A stretch of 64,000 bases of DNA from a virus (Duplodnaviria; Heunggongvirae; Uroviricota; Caudoviricetes; Ackermannviridae). Within the stretch, counting starts at the first letter, position 1. Each line of letters opens with the position of its first letter. Where the stretch lies: positions 38,803 through 102,802 of IMG/VR virus record IMGVR_UViG_2974693523_000001; one strand, written 5' to 3'. The notes below the pieces were generated by a model. It was not told the origin of the DNA. It was given only the letters and a program-made list of their open reading frames with translations, and searched no databases. A program made the translations under genes and the position numbers. This document shows, one piece after another, positions 54,735 to 64,000 of this stretch.

Positions 54735-55589
54735 TTATTTGTGAATCCAGTTATCTAGCTTTAATTGGTTGATATAACTAGGGAGATCATGTTTTGGGGA
54801 CCAACCTAATTCTCTAACCGCATCAGTGTGTAATTTTGCACTCATCCGGTTACCCATTCGCTCAGGTTTGAATTTAATTTCACCACCAAACATAGTGGCA
54901 ACATCCAAAATAGAGTAATTGTCTTGATGTCCTATACCATATAGATCACCACTACCATGCTTTCCTACGCGAATAAGACCATCAACAATGTCACTAACAT
55001 GCGTAAAGTTACGCTCTTGATTTCCTGGGAGTGTAACGTTAAGTGGTTTACCCCTGAACATGTTGCTTCTAAAGATACCAATAACGGTACCATAGCGCCC
55101 ATTTGATATTTCTCTAGGACCATAAACGTTGTAGAAATAAGTGATTGCATAATCTATGTCATACCACTTTGCATACTCTTTTAGAGTTTCAACGTTTTGG
55201 GATTTTGATAAAGAATATGGTGAAGTTGCATCACCGAACGCTGTACTACTTCCCGCATATACAATTTTCGCACCAATATCACGAACATAATTAAAGACCG
55301 TTCTGGTACCCACAACATTAGATTGGAAAACTTTATCAACATCATCAAAACTTTCTTCAACGCGCGAATACTCACCTAAATGAAAAATAATATCAGGTGT
55401 TATTTCGAGTTGATAAATTTCAAATGTATGCATATGATGATATGTGACACCACTCACATGGTTATTCATACTACCAGTGGAATAATTATCAAGACTATGT
55501 ACTTCATAACCTTCATTAACTAAAGCTTCACATAAATGGGAGCCAATAAATCCAGCCCCACCCGTTACCAATACAACTTGCTTTTTCAT
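54735..55589 (-). CDS. NAD-dependent nucleotide-sugar epimerase/dehydratase (SDR; UDP-glucuronate decarboxylase/4-epimerase-like)
   Basis: Rossmann VLVTGGAGFIGSHL, catalytic YxxxK region (YSLSKSQ), 284 aa. Confidence 0.65.
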   Translation of the reverse strand: MKKQVVLVTGGAGFIGSHLCEALVNEGYEVHSLDNYSTGSMNNHVSGVTYHHMHTFEIYQLEITPDIIFHLGEYSRVEESFDDVDKVFQSNVVGTRTVFNYVRDIGAKIVYAGSSTAFGDATSPYSLSKSQNVETLKEYAKWYDIDYAITYFYNVYGPREISNGRYGTVIGIFRSNMFRGKPLNVTLPGNQERNFTHVSDIVDGLIRVGKHGSGDLYGIGHQDNYSILDVATMFGGEIKFKPERMGNRMSAKLHTDAVRELGWSPKHDLPSYINQLKLDNWIHK

Positions 55590-56860
55590 TAGTCTTTACC
55601 TGTAATATCACGAGAATAAACGTTAGTTGTTCCGCAGTACATTTCAAGCCTATCATCAACTCGGTTAGCGACAATAACATCTGTCATTTGACCAAACTGT
55701 TTTAGATTTTTGATGACTTTACAACCCATATATTCATTTTCTGTAATGCTAGGATCATAAATAACAATGTAATCTAAAACATCTTTACCAATTTTTTGAA
55801 GTTCTTTAATTAAATGAGAAGATGGAGACTCACGGTGATTGTCAGAACCCGCTTTCATAGCTAGTAAATAGATGCCAATGCGTTGATACCCATAACTAAG
55901 AATATCGTTTGCTATGAATTTAATGCGTGAGTCATTTGATGCAACAATGGCATTAATGATGTCTCTTGGGATTAGTGTATTCGGCTCTCCGTTAAACGTA
56001 GACGCTAATTGTTTTGTGTCCTTGGGGAAACAATAACCACCGTAACCAAACGACGGGTTAGCATACATGGAGCCGATTCTGCGATCACTTGTAACACCTG
56101 CCATAATATCAGATGATTTAAGTTCGTTTTCCAATGCAAAACTATCAAGTTCATTAAAAAATGCTACACGCATGGCAAGGTATGCGTTTGAAAACATTTT
56201 AACTGATTCAGCCGACTGAGTTGACATTTTTAAGCATTTAACTTCACTTGAATTGACACAAGCATTTTTCATCATACTAATATAAAGATTAGCAATTTCA
56301 GTTTGGTCATAAATGTTATCATAACCAATTATAATTCGGTCTGGGTTTCGGTTATCAAGAAATGCTTGACCCTCACGAAGAAATTCAGGTGAAAACATAA
56401 TATCAACACCTGTATCAGCTGATAATTTACCGCAATAACCAATAGGGATAGTTGACTTAATGACAATATTTGCATCTGGTTTAACTTTAAGAACGTCTGC
56501 AACCACTTTTTCAATAATTGATGTGTCAAATGATTGTGTTTCTGTATTGTAATTGGTGGGCACACAAACCATAACAAAATCAGAATCAGTAACAGCGCTT
56601 GATATATCAGTGGTTGCTGACAGACATTTCGTAATATCCTTACGATTTGTTTCCATAAGACGATCTGCAATTTTATCACGTACTGGTAAAATACCACTAT
56701 TGATCATCTTGACACGTTCTTCATTAATATCATTAACCACAACATTATGGTTATATTTGCTGTTGTTATAAGCTAAGAGAACAGCCATTGCAGAACCAAC
56801 ATAACCACTACCAATAATTGCAATTTTCATAGGAGTATCCTTTTGTTTAACAGTGTGCAA
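55589..56860 (-). CDS. ugd: UDP-glucose 6-dehydrogenase (UDP-glucose/GDP-mannose dehydrogenase family)
   Basis: N-terminal MKIAIIGSGYVGSAMAVLLA Rossmann and catalytic GGYCFPKDT. 423 aa. Confidence 0.7.
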   Translation of the reverse strand: MHTVKQKDTPMKIAIIGSGYVGSAMAVLLAYNNSKYNHNVVVNDINEERVKMINSGILPVRDKIADRLMETNRKDITKCLSATTDISSAVTDSDFVMVCVPTNYNTETQSFDTSIIEKVVADVLKVKPDANIVIKSTIPIGYCGKLSADTGVDIMFSPEFLREGQAFLDNRNPDRIIIGYDNIYDQTEIANLYISMMKNACVNSSEVKCLKMSTQSAESVKMFSNAYLAMRVAFFNELDSFALENELKSSDIMAGVTSDRRIGSMYANPSFGYGGYCFPKDTKQLASTFNGEPNTLIPRDIINAIVASNDSRIKFIANDILSYGYQRIGIYLLAMKAGSDNHRESPSSHLIKELQKIGKDVLDYIVIYDPSITENEYMGCKVIKNLKQFGQMTDVIVANRVDDRLEMYCGTTNVYSRDITGKD

Positions 56861-56895
56861 ACTATAGCAATTTTATCTTCATAAACATATTTAGA

Positions 56896-56924
56896 AAACA
56901 AAAACGGGGCAAAAAGCCCCGTCT
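56896..56924 (-). terminator. intrinsic terminator on minus strand (GACGGGGCTTTTTGCCCCGTTTTTGTTTT)
   Basis: 7-bp GC stem plus U-run, downstream of the 644-aa gene. Confidence 0.6.
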
Positions 56925-56940
56925 TAATTAACAACATTTA

Positions 56941-58875
56941 TTAATGTTTGTCAGCTTCACTAGTAGCGAAAGCACCTTTAGAATCAGCACGGATTTTACC
57001 ACTATGATACGCAATGGTTACATCCTCAGAAACGTAGTATTTACAACAACGAATCTTACGAGCGTTGTAATCTTGTGGGATAGCAACAATGTCAGCTGGA
57101 CTTAATTTTGCGCGCATGATCTTACTGTCAACCTTTGAGTAACCAGACATACGATTAACGTAATCCAACGAACAAACGTGAAGACCTTGAGTACATGTGG
57201 CTGATGTACTTGGATCTATTTTTGAACGGTCCATGTAAACAGTAGAACCAACAGAGTTGTCAATCTTATTAGTGTAATCATCACGATAGAACTTGTTAAC
57301 CGCTTTATAAACGTATAGATCACCGTCTTCACAGATCTGAACATCACCAAACTTCATAAAGTGTGGGATCCGTTCAATAATATCATCCAGTGGGTTTTGG
57401 AACATCTTCTGAATAAAGTTATCCAATGCATTTAGAGCGGCATAATCACCCAACTCGAGTAGGTGTTCAACTCGGTTTTGAATAATTGAAATTGATGGAT
57501 GTACTTTTACATCTTTAATCTTAATTACAATACCTTCACCTACACTGTATTTGAAGTGAATACCTTCATAAGCAGAAATGTCTTTAATACCTTGAGCGGC
57601 AAGGAACGCGGCGTTATTATCACCCATAACTAAACAGCGATAGACCTCGTCATACCCTGTACTTCCTTTGGTCACAGTGATTTGTTTACCACTTTCCAAT
57701 TCAATCATTTGAATCTGTGTGGCTGTTGAGAATACGCGATAACCACCACCTGATTGAGGTACCAAGTCCTTATTATCACAACTCATACGCTTCTGATAAA
57801 CTTTTTCACTAACTTTAATAAGCAATTGCTCATTATTGCGTTGAGTTTTTGTAACATCAACCTCGGTTAGATCATAGCTTTTATCAGCAATATCACGAAT
57901 GATAAATTCTTTGATGATATTTGAATCAGGGCTAATTTCAATAGTATTACCTTCGCGATCAATAAATTGACCTAGTGTTTCCGCTTGTAGAATGATCTTT
58001 AAATCGTATGCAAAACCACTAGCAAATTCACAAGCAACAACCTCACTTTCGTTATCCAATTCTACTTCATCACCTAACAGAAGTAAGGTTTGGATATGCT
58101 CTAGTTTAATGCTGTCAACATTTTTCAATAGTTTAGAGCAATCAACTACGACTGTTTTTAAGTCGTTTTGTGAAACAACAAAATAGTTACGATTAATTGA
58201 GCGATCTTCAATATTCGTATCTTCACTGTTTTTAAAGATAAAAATTGTCCCAGGCATCATATCTTTAAGGATTTGTTTACTTACGGCAAGTGATGCAATT
58301 TCACCTTCTTTAAAGTATTCAATTTTCAAAGCCATAAGTTTGTCTAGCTTATTACGACTCCAACCTAATTCATCCATATACTGTTGTTTTGTTTTAACAC
58401 CAGTTTTGATATTCTCTTGGATTTCAATTAAGGTTTCAGGTGGGATTTCAGTAAAATCACCTTTTTTAGCCGTTGCCAAAACATCTTTAAATCTATCAAG
58501 ATTTTCAGGTTTAGAAGCAAAGTTGTTGAAATCCATACGGCCTTGCTCAATAAGTATTTCTAAACGATACTTACTAGGGATATTATATTTTTTCATTATC
58601 CCAGGACGTGAAAGACGTTCTGTATTTACGCCTTCATAATCCATATAAACCTTAACCGCAAGCCCATCAGGGATTTTGCTTTCTACAGGTTTTTCTTTTT
58701 CGGTTACAGAGGTTTTTTCAAACTTCTCTTTTGCGCGAGGTACCAACAGGCACGTTTTATACATAGACAAACCAATACGACCTTTGATTTGTTCCCTTGT
58801 CAGACCTTGTTGGACATACTCAAAAATTCTTTTTAGAAGATCTAAATCTTCCATTTCTTTAATAAACACTGGCAT
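56941..58875 (-). CDS. hypothetical protein (644 aa), co-oriented with the GHKL gene
   Basis: Long ORF with no recognisable motif; own terminator. Confidence 0.5.
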   Translation of the reverse strand: MPVFIKEMEDLDLLKRIFEYVQQGLTREQIKGRIGLSMYKTCLLVPRAKEKFEKTSVTEKEKPVESKIPDGLAVKVYMDYEGVNTERLSRPGIMKKYNIPSKYRLEILIEQGRMDFNNFASKPENLDRFKDVLATAKKGDFTEIPPETLIEIQENIKTGVKTKQQYMDELGWSRNKLDKLMALKIEYFKEGEIASLAVSKQILKDMMPGTIFIFKNSEDTNIEDRSINRNYFVVSQNDLKTVVVDCSKLLKNVDSIKLEHIQTLLLLGDEVELDNESEVVACEFASGFAYDLKIILQAETLGQFIDREGNTIEISPDSNIIKEFIIRDIADKSYDLTEVDVTKTQRNNEQLLIKVSEKVYQKRMSCDNKDLVPQSGGGYRVFSTATQIQMIELESGKQITVTKGSTGYDEVYRCLVMGDNNAAFLAAQGIKDISAYEGIHFKYSVGEGIVIKIKDVKVHPSISIIQNRVEHLLELGDYAALNALDNFIQKMFQNPLDDIIERIPHFMKFGDVQICEDGDLYVYKAVNKFYRDDYTNKIDNSVGSTVYMDRSKIDPSTSATCTQGLHVCSLDYVNRMSGYSKVDSKIMRAKLSPADIVAIPQDYNARKIRCCKYYVSEDVTIAYHSGKIRADSKGAFATSEADKH

Positions 58876-58944
58876 GATATTTCCTCAAACTAATGGGAGT
58901 AGGTGGTCTGACATATAATATCAAACCACCAATTAGTGAATAAA

Positions 58945-61900
58945 CTAAATTTCGTCGTCTGTATCCGCTAAAGCATCAATTACATCAACTACGAAATTAT
59001 AAACAACTTCAGTCTCGTCGTTACTTTGTGAAAGAACGGTATATTTGTAGAACAATCTTAAATCATCGGATTCTAGATATTTTTCAAGTATATCCTCAAT
59101 TTCATAAAGTGCTGACTTGATAGGTTTATTACAAACACTAGACTTTGAATATTCTCTAATAGATTTAGCAATCTCAGTTCTTAAATTATAATTAGAGATG
59201 TAACAAACACCACTATCAATCCAATCTCTAATAAGTTGATTTTCATAATGATTAGGTATCATGTTTGCTCTTCGATAAACTTCTTCATATTCAAGACGTT
59301 TTGTTAGTTTCCGCAACACATTTTTTTCGGAGAAATTATCGGATTTATTAATACCAAAACGCGAAGTAAATGGGGTAAAGATATCTAAGTAAGACTCCCA
59401 GAATTTATAAATTCTTTGATAATGGCGCTCTAACTTAACAACTTCACTATTTTGAGAAGCAATTTCTAATAGATATGCACCAACTTTTAAATCTCTATGT
59501 GATTTTGTAGGTCTAAACTTATCATAAGATTTTTTGAAACATTGCTTATGATAAGATAACTGTTGTTCCGTAAATGAATTAGGAACATACAAATTAGCGG
59601 TTGACATAAATTTAAAGTCTTTCACTAAATCATGTTTGTTAGGTTGAATATTATAAATTTCGCGGGTTTTATTAGAGATAATAGTATCAATAAGTTTTGA
59701 AACACCTAGAGAAATACATGTATCCAACATTTCTTTAAGAGGTACAAAAACTTCTTTGTGTTCCTCAAAGAATTTTCTTCCAACAACACGTACCCCGATA
59801 ACACGCTCATGATAAGAACTTTTGATTAGATCTAATTCATCAGAATATTGTTTAATACCTTTTATCTCAAGATTGATAGTCGATACACTGTTGATCTTTT
59901 TACCTAAGTTTGAATCTTCATGTATCTCGTGACCACGCAAATAAACAAACGGTATTTGTTTGTTTTCATTTTGTGCTTCTTTGATCCACTCCATAAGCTT
60001 TTCACCTGAGATAGGGCACCATTTATGATGCTCAATAACGGTAATACCCTTTAACTTCTTGATATTCTCAAGAGTGATTTCCTCAGGTTTTATGGCAATA
60101 TTATCAACGTGATAGATCTCAGCACCTACAGACTCAAAATATTCGCGTAAAAATGCATAGACTTTGAAGCTTGTGTCACGGTTCATTAAAACTTTATTAA
60201 AGCAATCATTTGCAAGAACTTTTAAATGTTCACTAACACGTACCTCATAAAGTTCAAAAGACTTTTCTTTTATTTCTTCTTCAGTTGGTAAAATATCCAT
60301 CAAATCAGTTTCTTGACGATCTCTGATTAATGACATTCTAGCATCTATTAGAAACTCTTCGGGTTTTGGTGCAAAAGTATATCCAAATTTTTCTTTTAAT
60401 GTGCCGCTATAAAATGCATCTTCAATATCGGTAGCAAATTTTTCTTTAGATATACCGTACACTTTATTGAGTATTAATGACGTTAGCTTACCATCTATAG
60501 TGATTGGTGTTAGATAAGGATAGTATCGGTTTGTTTTATCTACTTGTGATAATTGTGATACAAGATTTGAATACAGTTCTTGAGCCTTTTTAAGTGCCCC
60601 TTGACCATCCATAAAAACAAAATAGTTTTTGTATGGTGTGCCATCAGATCTGAATTGCGGGTAGATATATTTTGTGTCAATATCGTATCGACAATATTTA
60701 CTTAGTGAAAAATCACGACCTTCGGCATAACCATATTCAGTAATTTGTTTACTAGAACCAAAATTAACGTGATTCCCCATAAACTCAACACCCAACATAT
60801 CACACATATAGGTCGTCGGATTTACACAGGTATCTTCCTCAATTACTGCTTGTGTAGGTAGATAATCACGAAGAATTTCAGTGTTGAACATTGTTTTAAG
60901 TTTTTCAAAGTTTTTGATCTTCTCAAAAATATTGTTCCCAATACGATACGTTTTAAGAAATTCAGTTACTTTATTTACCGCTTCACCAAGAACATCCTCT
61001 AAAACCCTGATAGTGTGTTGATCATATTCAAGGTCTTCACGTGAAGGTTGCATATTTACTTGGCCAATATCAAAGAACGTGTAGGTATCACGTTGTAGAC
61101 ACTGAAAGAAGTGTGAAATATCATACGACAACATGTTTATATCAATAGGATAAACAACACCACCTTGAACGGCATAGTGACGACCGGTACCACCAGAGGT
61201 AATATAAGTGTTATGGAAATAACTAACAAAATCAGGTTTTCTTACAATAACTTTCTTATTAGTGAATAAATAAGGTGTGTCAAAGAAACGCATAACTTTA
61301 GAAAGAGCTGAACTAAATTTCTCAATACGATCAACTGTTACTGGTACGCGAACAGTCATACCGTTATATTCTTGCCCTTTGACCATTGGGATGGGTTTAG
61401 GTAAACCATATTCATCACACGAAATTAATTCGGCTGTTGGCATACGCTGCGAATCTTCATAAATAAAGATAATGTATTTTTCACCATTAAAGCGTGTTTC
61501 AACTGTATATGAATCAGAGATAGTTGAAGGTGATTTTGCACCCAGTCCAAACCCACCAATTTGTGAATTGTCATCATCCTTAGGACTGTCAAATAGTGTG
61601 GTGTACATACCACCAGACCAAATAACCTTACCATTAGGACCAAACAAGTACATTTCTTCAGGTTTTGTCATTAACGCTCTTTCTTCTTCTGAAGCGTTAA
61701 TATAATCTTGATTGAATAAAGGTAGTCCAAGAATTTTTTCAAGTGGTAGACCAACACCAAAATCCTCACATTCGAAATAAGGTTCTTTTTCGGTTGGTAC
61801 GTGAAGATTAAATGGTTTATTGAAAGGTGCAAGCCACTCAAGTTCTTTATTGTTTTCAAAATAAAGCTTGTTAGCGTAAACGCTTTGAGTGTGAGAGACC

Positions 61901-62109
61901 GACATAGAGGGACGATGTTTTTGATCTCGTAGTTTATGTGCATCAACACAATTTGACACTAATTCACGCGCCACAGCCTCTTCTTTGTATCGATACAGTG
62001 TATCAACCAATGTGCGAATTGTTTTTGCTGTAGCCTTAATTTTAAAACCTACACCACCAAGCATTTGATCTGAGTTGACGAATCCAGAATTAGGGGTATT
62101 AAATTTCAT
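58945..62109 (-). CDS. 1054-aa protein with N-terminal GHKL (Hsp90/MORC-type, HATPase_c_3-like) ATPase domain; remaining ~800 aa unassigned
   Basis: Bergerat N-box ELVSNCVDAHK (compare Hsp90's ELISNASDALDK) and G2-box IGGFGLGAKS...YTVETRF (compare Hsp90's IGQFGVGFYS...VTVTSK and MORC's FGNGFKS). No TOPRIM EGDSA motif. Confidence 0.5.
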   Translation of the reverse strand: MKFNTPNSGFVNSDQMLGGVGFKIKATAKTIRTLVDTLYRYKEEAVARELVSNCVDAHKLRDQKHRPSMSVSHTQSVYANKLYFENNKELEWLAPFNKPFNLHVPTEKEPYFECEDFGVGLPLEKILGLPLFNQDYINASEEERALMTKPEEMYLFGPNGKVIWSGGMYTTLFDSPKDDDNSQIGGFGLGAKSPSTISDSYTVETRFNGEKYIIFIYEDSQRMPTAELISCDEYGLPKPIPMVKGQEYNGMTVRVPVTVDRIEKFSSALSKVMRFFDTPYLFTNKKVIVRKPDFVSYFHNTYITSGGTGRHYAVQGGVVYPIDINMLSYDISHFFQCLQRDTYTFFDIGQVNMQPSREDLEYDQHTIRVLEDVLGEAVNKVTEFLKTYRIGNNIFEKIKNFEKLKTMFNTEILRDYLPTQAVIEEDTCVNPTTYMCDMLGVEFMGNHVNFGSSKQITEYGYAEGRDFSLSKYCRYDIDTKYIYPQFRSDGTPYKNYFVFMDGQGALKKAQELYSNLVSQLSQVDKTNRYYPYLTPITIDGKLTSLILNKVYGISKEKFATDIEDAFYSGTLKEKFGYTFAPKPEEFLIDARMSLIRDRQETDLMDILPTEEEIKEKSFELYEVRVSEHLKVLANDCFNKVLMNRDTSFKVYAFLREYFESVGAEIYHVDNIAIKPEEITLENIKKLKGITVIEHHKWCPISGEKLMEWIKEAQNENKQIPFVYLRGHEIHEDSNLGKKINSVSTINLEIKGIKQYSDELDLIKSSYHERVIGVRVVGRKFFEEHKEVFVPLKEMLDTCISLGVSKLIDTIISNKTREIYNIQPNKHDLVKDFKFMSTANLYVPNSFTEQQLSYHKQCFKKSYDKFRPTKSHRDLKVGAYLLEIASQNSEVVKLERHYQRIYKFWESYLDIFTPFTSRFGINKSDNFSEKNVLRKLTKRLEYEEVYRRANMIPNHYENQLIRDWIDSGVCYISNYNLRTEIAKSIREYSKSSVCNKPIKSALYEIEDILEKYLESDDLRLFYKYTVLSQSNDETEVVYNFVVDVIDALADTDDEI

Positions 62110-62175
62110 GGTAATCCTCTAAAATTAAATAAAATAACAAGAAATTATGATTACAATAACACAAAAATATTCATA

Positions 62176-62200
62176 ATAAAAACCCGCACTAGGCGGGCAT
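62176..62200 (-). terminator. intrinsic terminator on minus strand (GCCCGCCTAGTGCGGGTTTTTATT)
   Basis: Stem plus U5 downstream of the gene at 62216-62731. Confidence 0.55.
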
Positions 62201-62215
62201 TTTATGAATATTTAA

Positions 62216-62731
62216 TTACTTCATATTTGGTGGTAAAATTAAACCAGATTCTTCATCAGGTTTTTCATCACCAAACATTTTAATTAGTCTATCTTCAACA
62301 CTAATCTTTTCAGATTCTTCGAAATCCAAATCTAAAGAAACACGTTCTTCAACTAATTTTGGTGGTGTGTAAATTTTACGATCAATAACTTCAACTTCAT
62401 CCTCACCATTAGTCTGTTTAACCCTGAAGCTCATGACTGGTTGTCCTTCATCACCAAGTTGTAGAATATGCTCAAAGCGTACACGAACATTTTCTTCCCA
62501 AATCTTTTCCTGATCTTCTACTTTTTCCGCTGTTAGATCATTTGCTAAGCGAGTGAAAAATACATCAAGTGTAAGCATATCAAAAACAGGCTTAACAGTT
62601 AGATCAACAAATTGAACTTGACTAAGATTAATACTTTCCAAACCAAGATAACCACGGACATTGGTTAGGAAATGATTTAGTCTTTCTTCATTAATATTAA
62701 AAGTTAATTGCATTGTTTTATCCTCAATCAC
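62216..62731 (-). CDS. hypothetical acidic protein (171 aa), downstream of the helicase (loader/accessory candidate by position)
   Basis: ORF, overlaps the helicase stop by 8 nt. Confidence 0.45.
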   Translation of the reverse strand: MIEDKTMQLTFNINEERLNHFLTNVRGYLGLESINLSQVQFVDLTVKPVFDMLTLDVFFTRLANDLTAEKVEDQEKIWEENVRVRFEHILQLGDEGQPVMSFRVKQTNGEDEVEVIDRKIYTPPKLVEERVSLDLDFEESEKISVEDRLIKMFGDEKPDEESGLILPPNMK

Positions 62732-64000
62732 TACTAAAATTCCAATTCAATACGCTATCAGCTTCACTCAAACTGGCGTTTTTCTTGACCATGGTTTGGA
62801 GTTCTTCTTTACGTATTTTATCGGATATTGATGTTGTTTGCTCATCCATAGGCTGGATAAGACTATTACTGAATTTTTGCATACTGTTATCCAGACTTAA
62901 TCTGAATGTTCGCATTTTATCCTTGTCATCGTAACGACTCTTAGTTTGAGTAGCCGTACATTGTTTTAGCAATACGTCTGCTTCTTCCCTGCCTAGAACG
63001 AGCATAAAGTCAGCAACCTTAGGAATACTAATCGCATCAGCAACATCGCCTGTCTTTGCATTTAGACCGTCTTGTTTGTCACGTTGTAACTGCATCGCAG
63101 TCCAAACAGGTACATCAAATTCAAAGCCTAAACTACGAAACTCACGAGCAACTGAACCGAAATAGGTGTTTGTATTACCTATCATATGGATTGGTAGTCG
63201 GTTACTAATAGCTTCTGTAATGTAGTCAATTACAATGAGATCTGGTTTTACACCATATTTCATGTAAATTTCTTTGATGTAATGTCTAAAGTGACCTATA
63301 TGCGCAGTTCCAGGAGCATATTCTTTAATGAATAGTTGACCTGAGCATTTCCTTCGTTTTTTATCAACCGCTGCCAAATACTCTGGTTTAGTTAATTTTT
63401 CCAAACGATCAAAATCCATACCAAGCATCCTAGCATCGGTACGGTGACGGATTTTCTTCTCTTGTATTTCTAGGGTAAAATAAAAAACGTTTTTACCCAT
63501 TTCAACTTGTTCTGCTGCTCTATCAATCAACCAAGTGGTTTTACCCACGTTGATACCTGCCAAAACAACATTTAGGGATTTTGTTTCAACACCACCTCTA
63601 GTAATAACATTCATATAACTTATGTCATCACCAAAAGGTAATTTAACCCCCTCAACATTCATTTCATCATAATGCTTTCCAGCCATTTCCCAATAAATAT
63701 GACCTAGGTCTTCTTTAAATGAGATGCTGAGTGCATCCTGAAACAACTCAGGTAAAATATTAGGATCTCCATCCTTTTCTTCACCTGCATATATTCTTGA
63801 AGCTTTTCTTACCGCGTTTGCTAATGCACGATCCCGAGCCCATCCTTCAGTCTCTTTTATAAGCCAATCATAATGTTCGTTACCGGCTTCCATGTCAGTA
63901 ACAATTGATAAAGCTTCATTATAAATAGATTCCGAAAGTTTAGAACGCTCTAATTTAACCACCAGAACTTCTGGGGTTGGGGCTATACCATACTCATTAA
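62724..64000 (-). CDS. DnaB-family replicative helicase C-terminal (RecA-like) domain, gp41-like; 5' end beyond window
   Basis: Walker A LNVVLAGINVGKTTWL, DnaB-like H2/H3 (DLIVIDYITE). The reading frame stays open from 63962 to the window edge, so the gene is 5'-partial. Confidence 0.55.
   Translation of the reverse strand, partial: NEYGIAPTPEVLVVKLERSKLSESIYNEALSIVTDMEAGNEHYDWLIKETEGWARDRALANAVRKASRIYAGEEKDGDPNILPELFQDALSISFKEDLGHIYWEMAGKHYDEMNVEGVKLPFGDDISYMNVITRGGVETKSLNVVLAGINVGKTTWLIDRAAEQVEMGKNVFYFTLEIQEKKIRHRTDARMLGMDFDRLEKLTKPEYLAAVDKKRRKCSGQLFIKEYAPGTAHIGHFRHYIKEIYMKYGVKPDLIVIDYITEAISNRLPIHMIGNTNTYFGSVAREFRSLGFEFDVPVWTAMQLQRDKQDGLNAKTGDVADAISIPKVADFMLVLGREEADVLLKQCTATQTKSRYDDKDKMRTFRLSLDNSMQKFSNSLIQPMDEQTTSISDKIRKEELQTMVKKNASLSEADSVLNWNFSSD

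Noticed and set aside
61277-61949. Short ORFs inside or antisense to the GHKL gene (61277-61462, 61425-61643, 61472-61705, 61671-61949)
   Set aside because: They are nested in a long, well-supported ORF. They have no independent expression signals and are typical shadow frames in AT-rich DNA.
58945-62109. Interpretation of the 1054-aa GHKL protein as a fused T4-type topoisomerase II (gp39+gp60+gp52)
   Set aside because: The summed T4 subunit sizes nearly match. However, the G2 box (IGGFGLGAKS) is Hsp90/MORC-like rather than GyrB-like, and I find no TOPRIM EGDSA motif or recognisable active-site Tyr/WHD region.

Overview
AT-rich (~62% AT) phage DNA with T4-like (Tevenvirinae-style) gene content and layout. 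No rRNA, CRISPR or integrase was seen.

- 1..8033, minus strand: early/accessory genes, opening with a 5'-partial RuvC-like ORF (1..289). Recognisable products are a thymidylate-synthase-family enzyme and a lysozyme-like endolysin candidate. The tRNA cluster here is visibly decaying: three canonical tRNAs (Met-CAT, Arg-TCT, Arg-CCT), three tRNA-like elements with intact acceptor/T-arms but no canonical anticodon arm, tRNA fragments, and two freestanding homing-endonuclease-like ORFs (one Zn-finger + PD-(D/E)xK, one HNH/AP2).
- 8043..38444, plus strand: mostly small genes. Identifiable products include a gp25/GPW-like baseplate protein with a possible spike partner, an orphan HigA-like HTH flanked by 37-bp direct repeats, an SLT-domain transglycosylase, a Macro-domain protein, a DEDDh exonuclease, an SPFH/flotillin-like membrane protein followed by small membrane proteins, and an ATP-dependent ligase with an N-terminal Zn finger. 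Compact terminator-promoter-UTR cassettes recur upstream of several small genes.
- 38458..42859, minus strand: candidate baseplate-hub/tape-measure module, judged by size and order against T4 gp54/28/27/29.
- 42911..64000, both strands: T7 endonuclease I-like resolvase, gp61-like primase, an iteron-like repeat region, dNMP-kinase-like P-loop protein, a tandem array of five diverged ~245-aa paralogs, VRR-NUC-like nuclease, Dam methyltransferase, PhoH-like ATPase, UDP-glucose dehydrogenase plus SDR epimerase/decarboxylase, a 1054-aa protein with an Hsp90/MORC-type GHKL ATPase N-terminus, and a DnaB/gp41-like helicase whose 5' end runs off the window.

The ORF track uses GTG/TTG starts; where an ATG with an SD-like motif was visible I moved the start. 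Most starts remain unverified.
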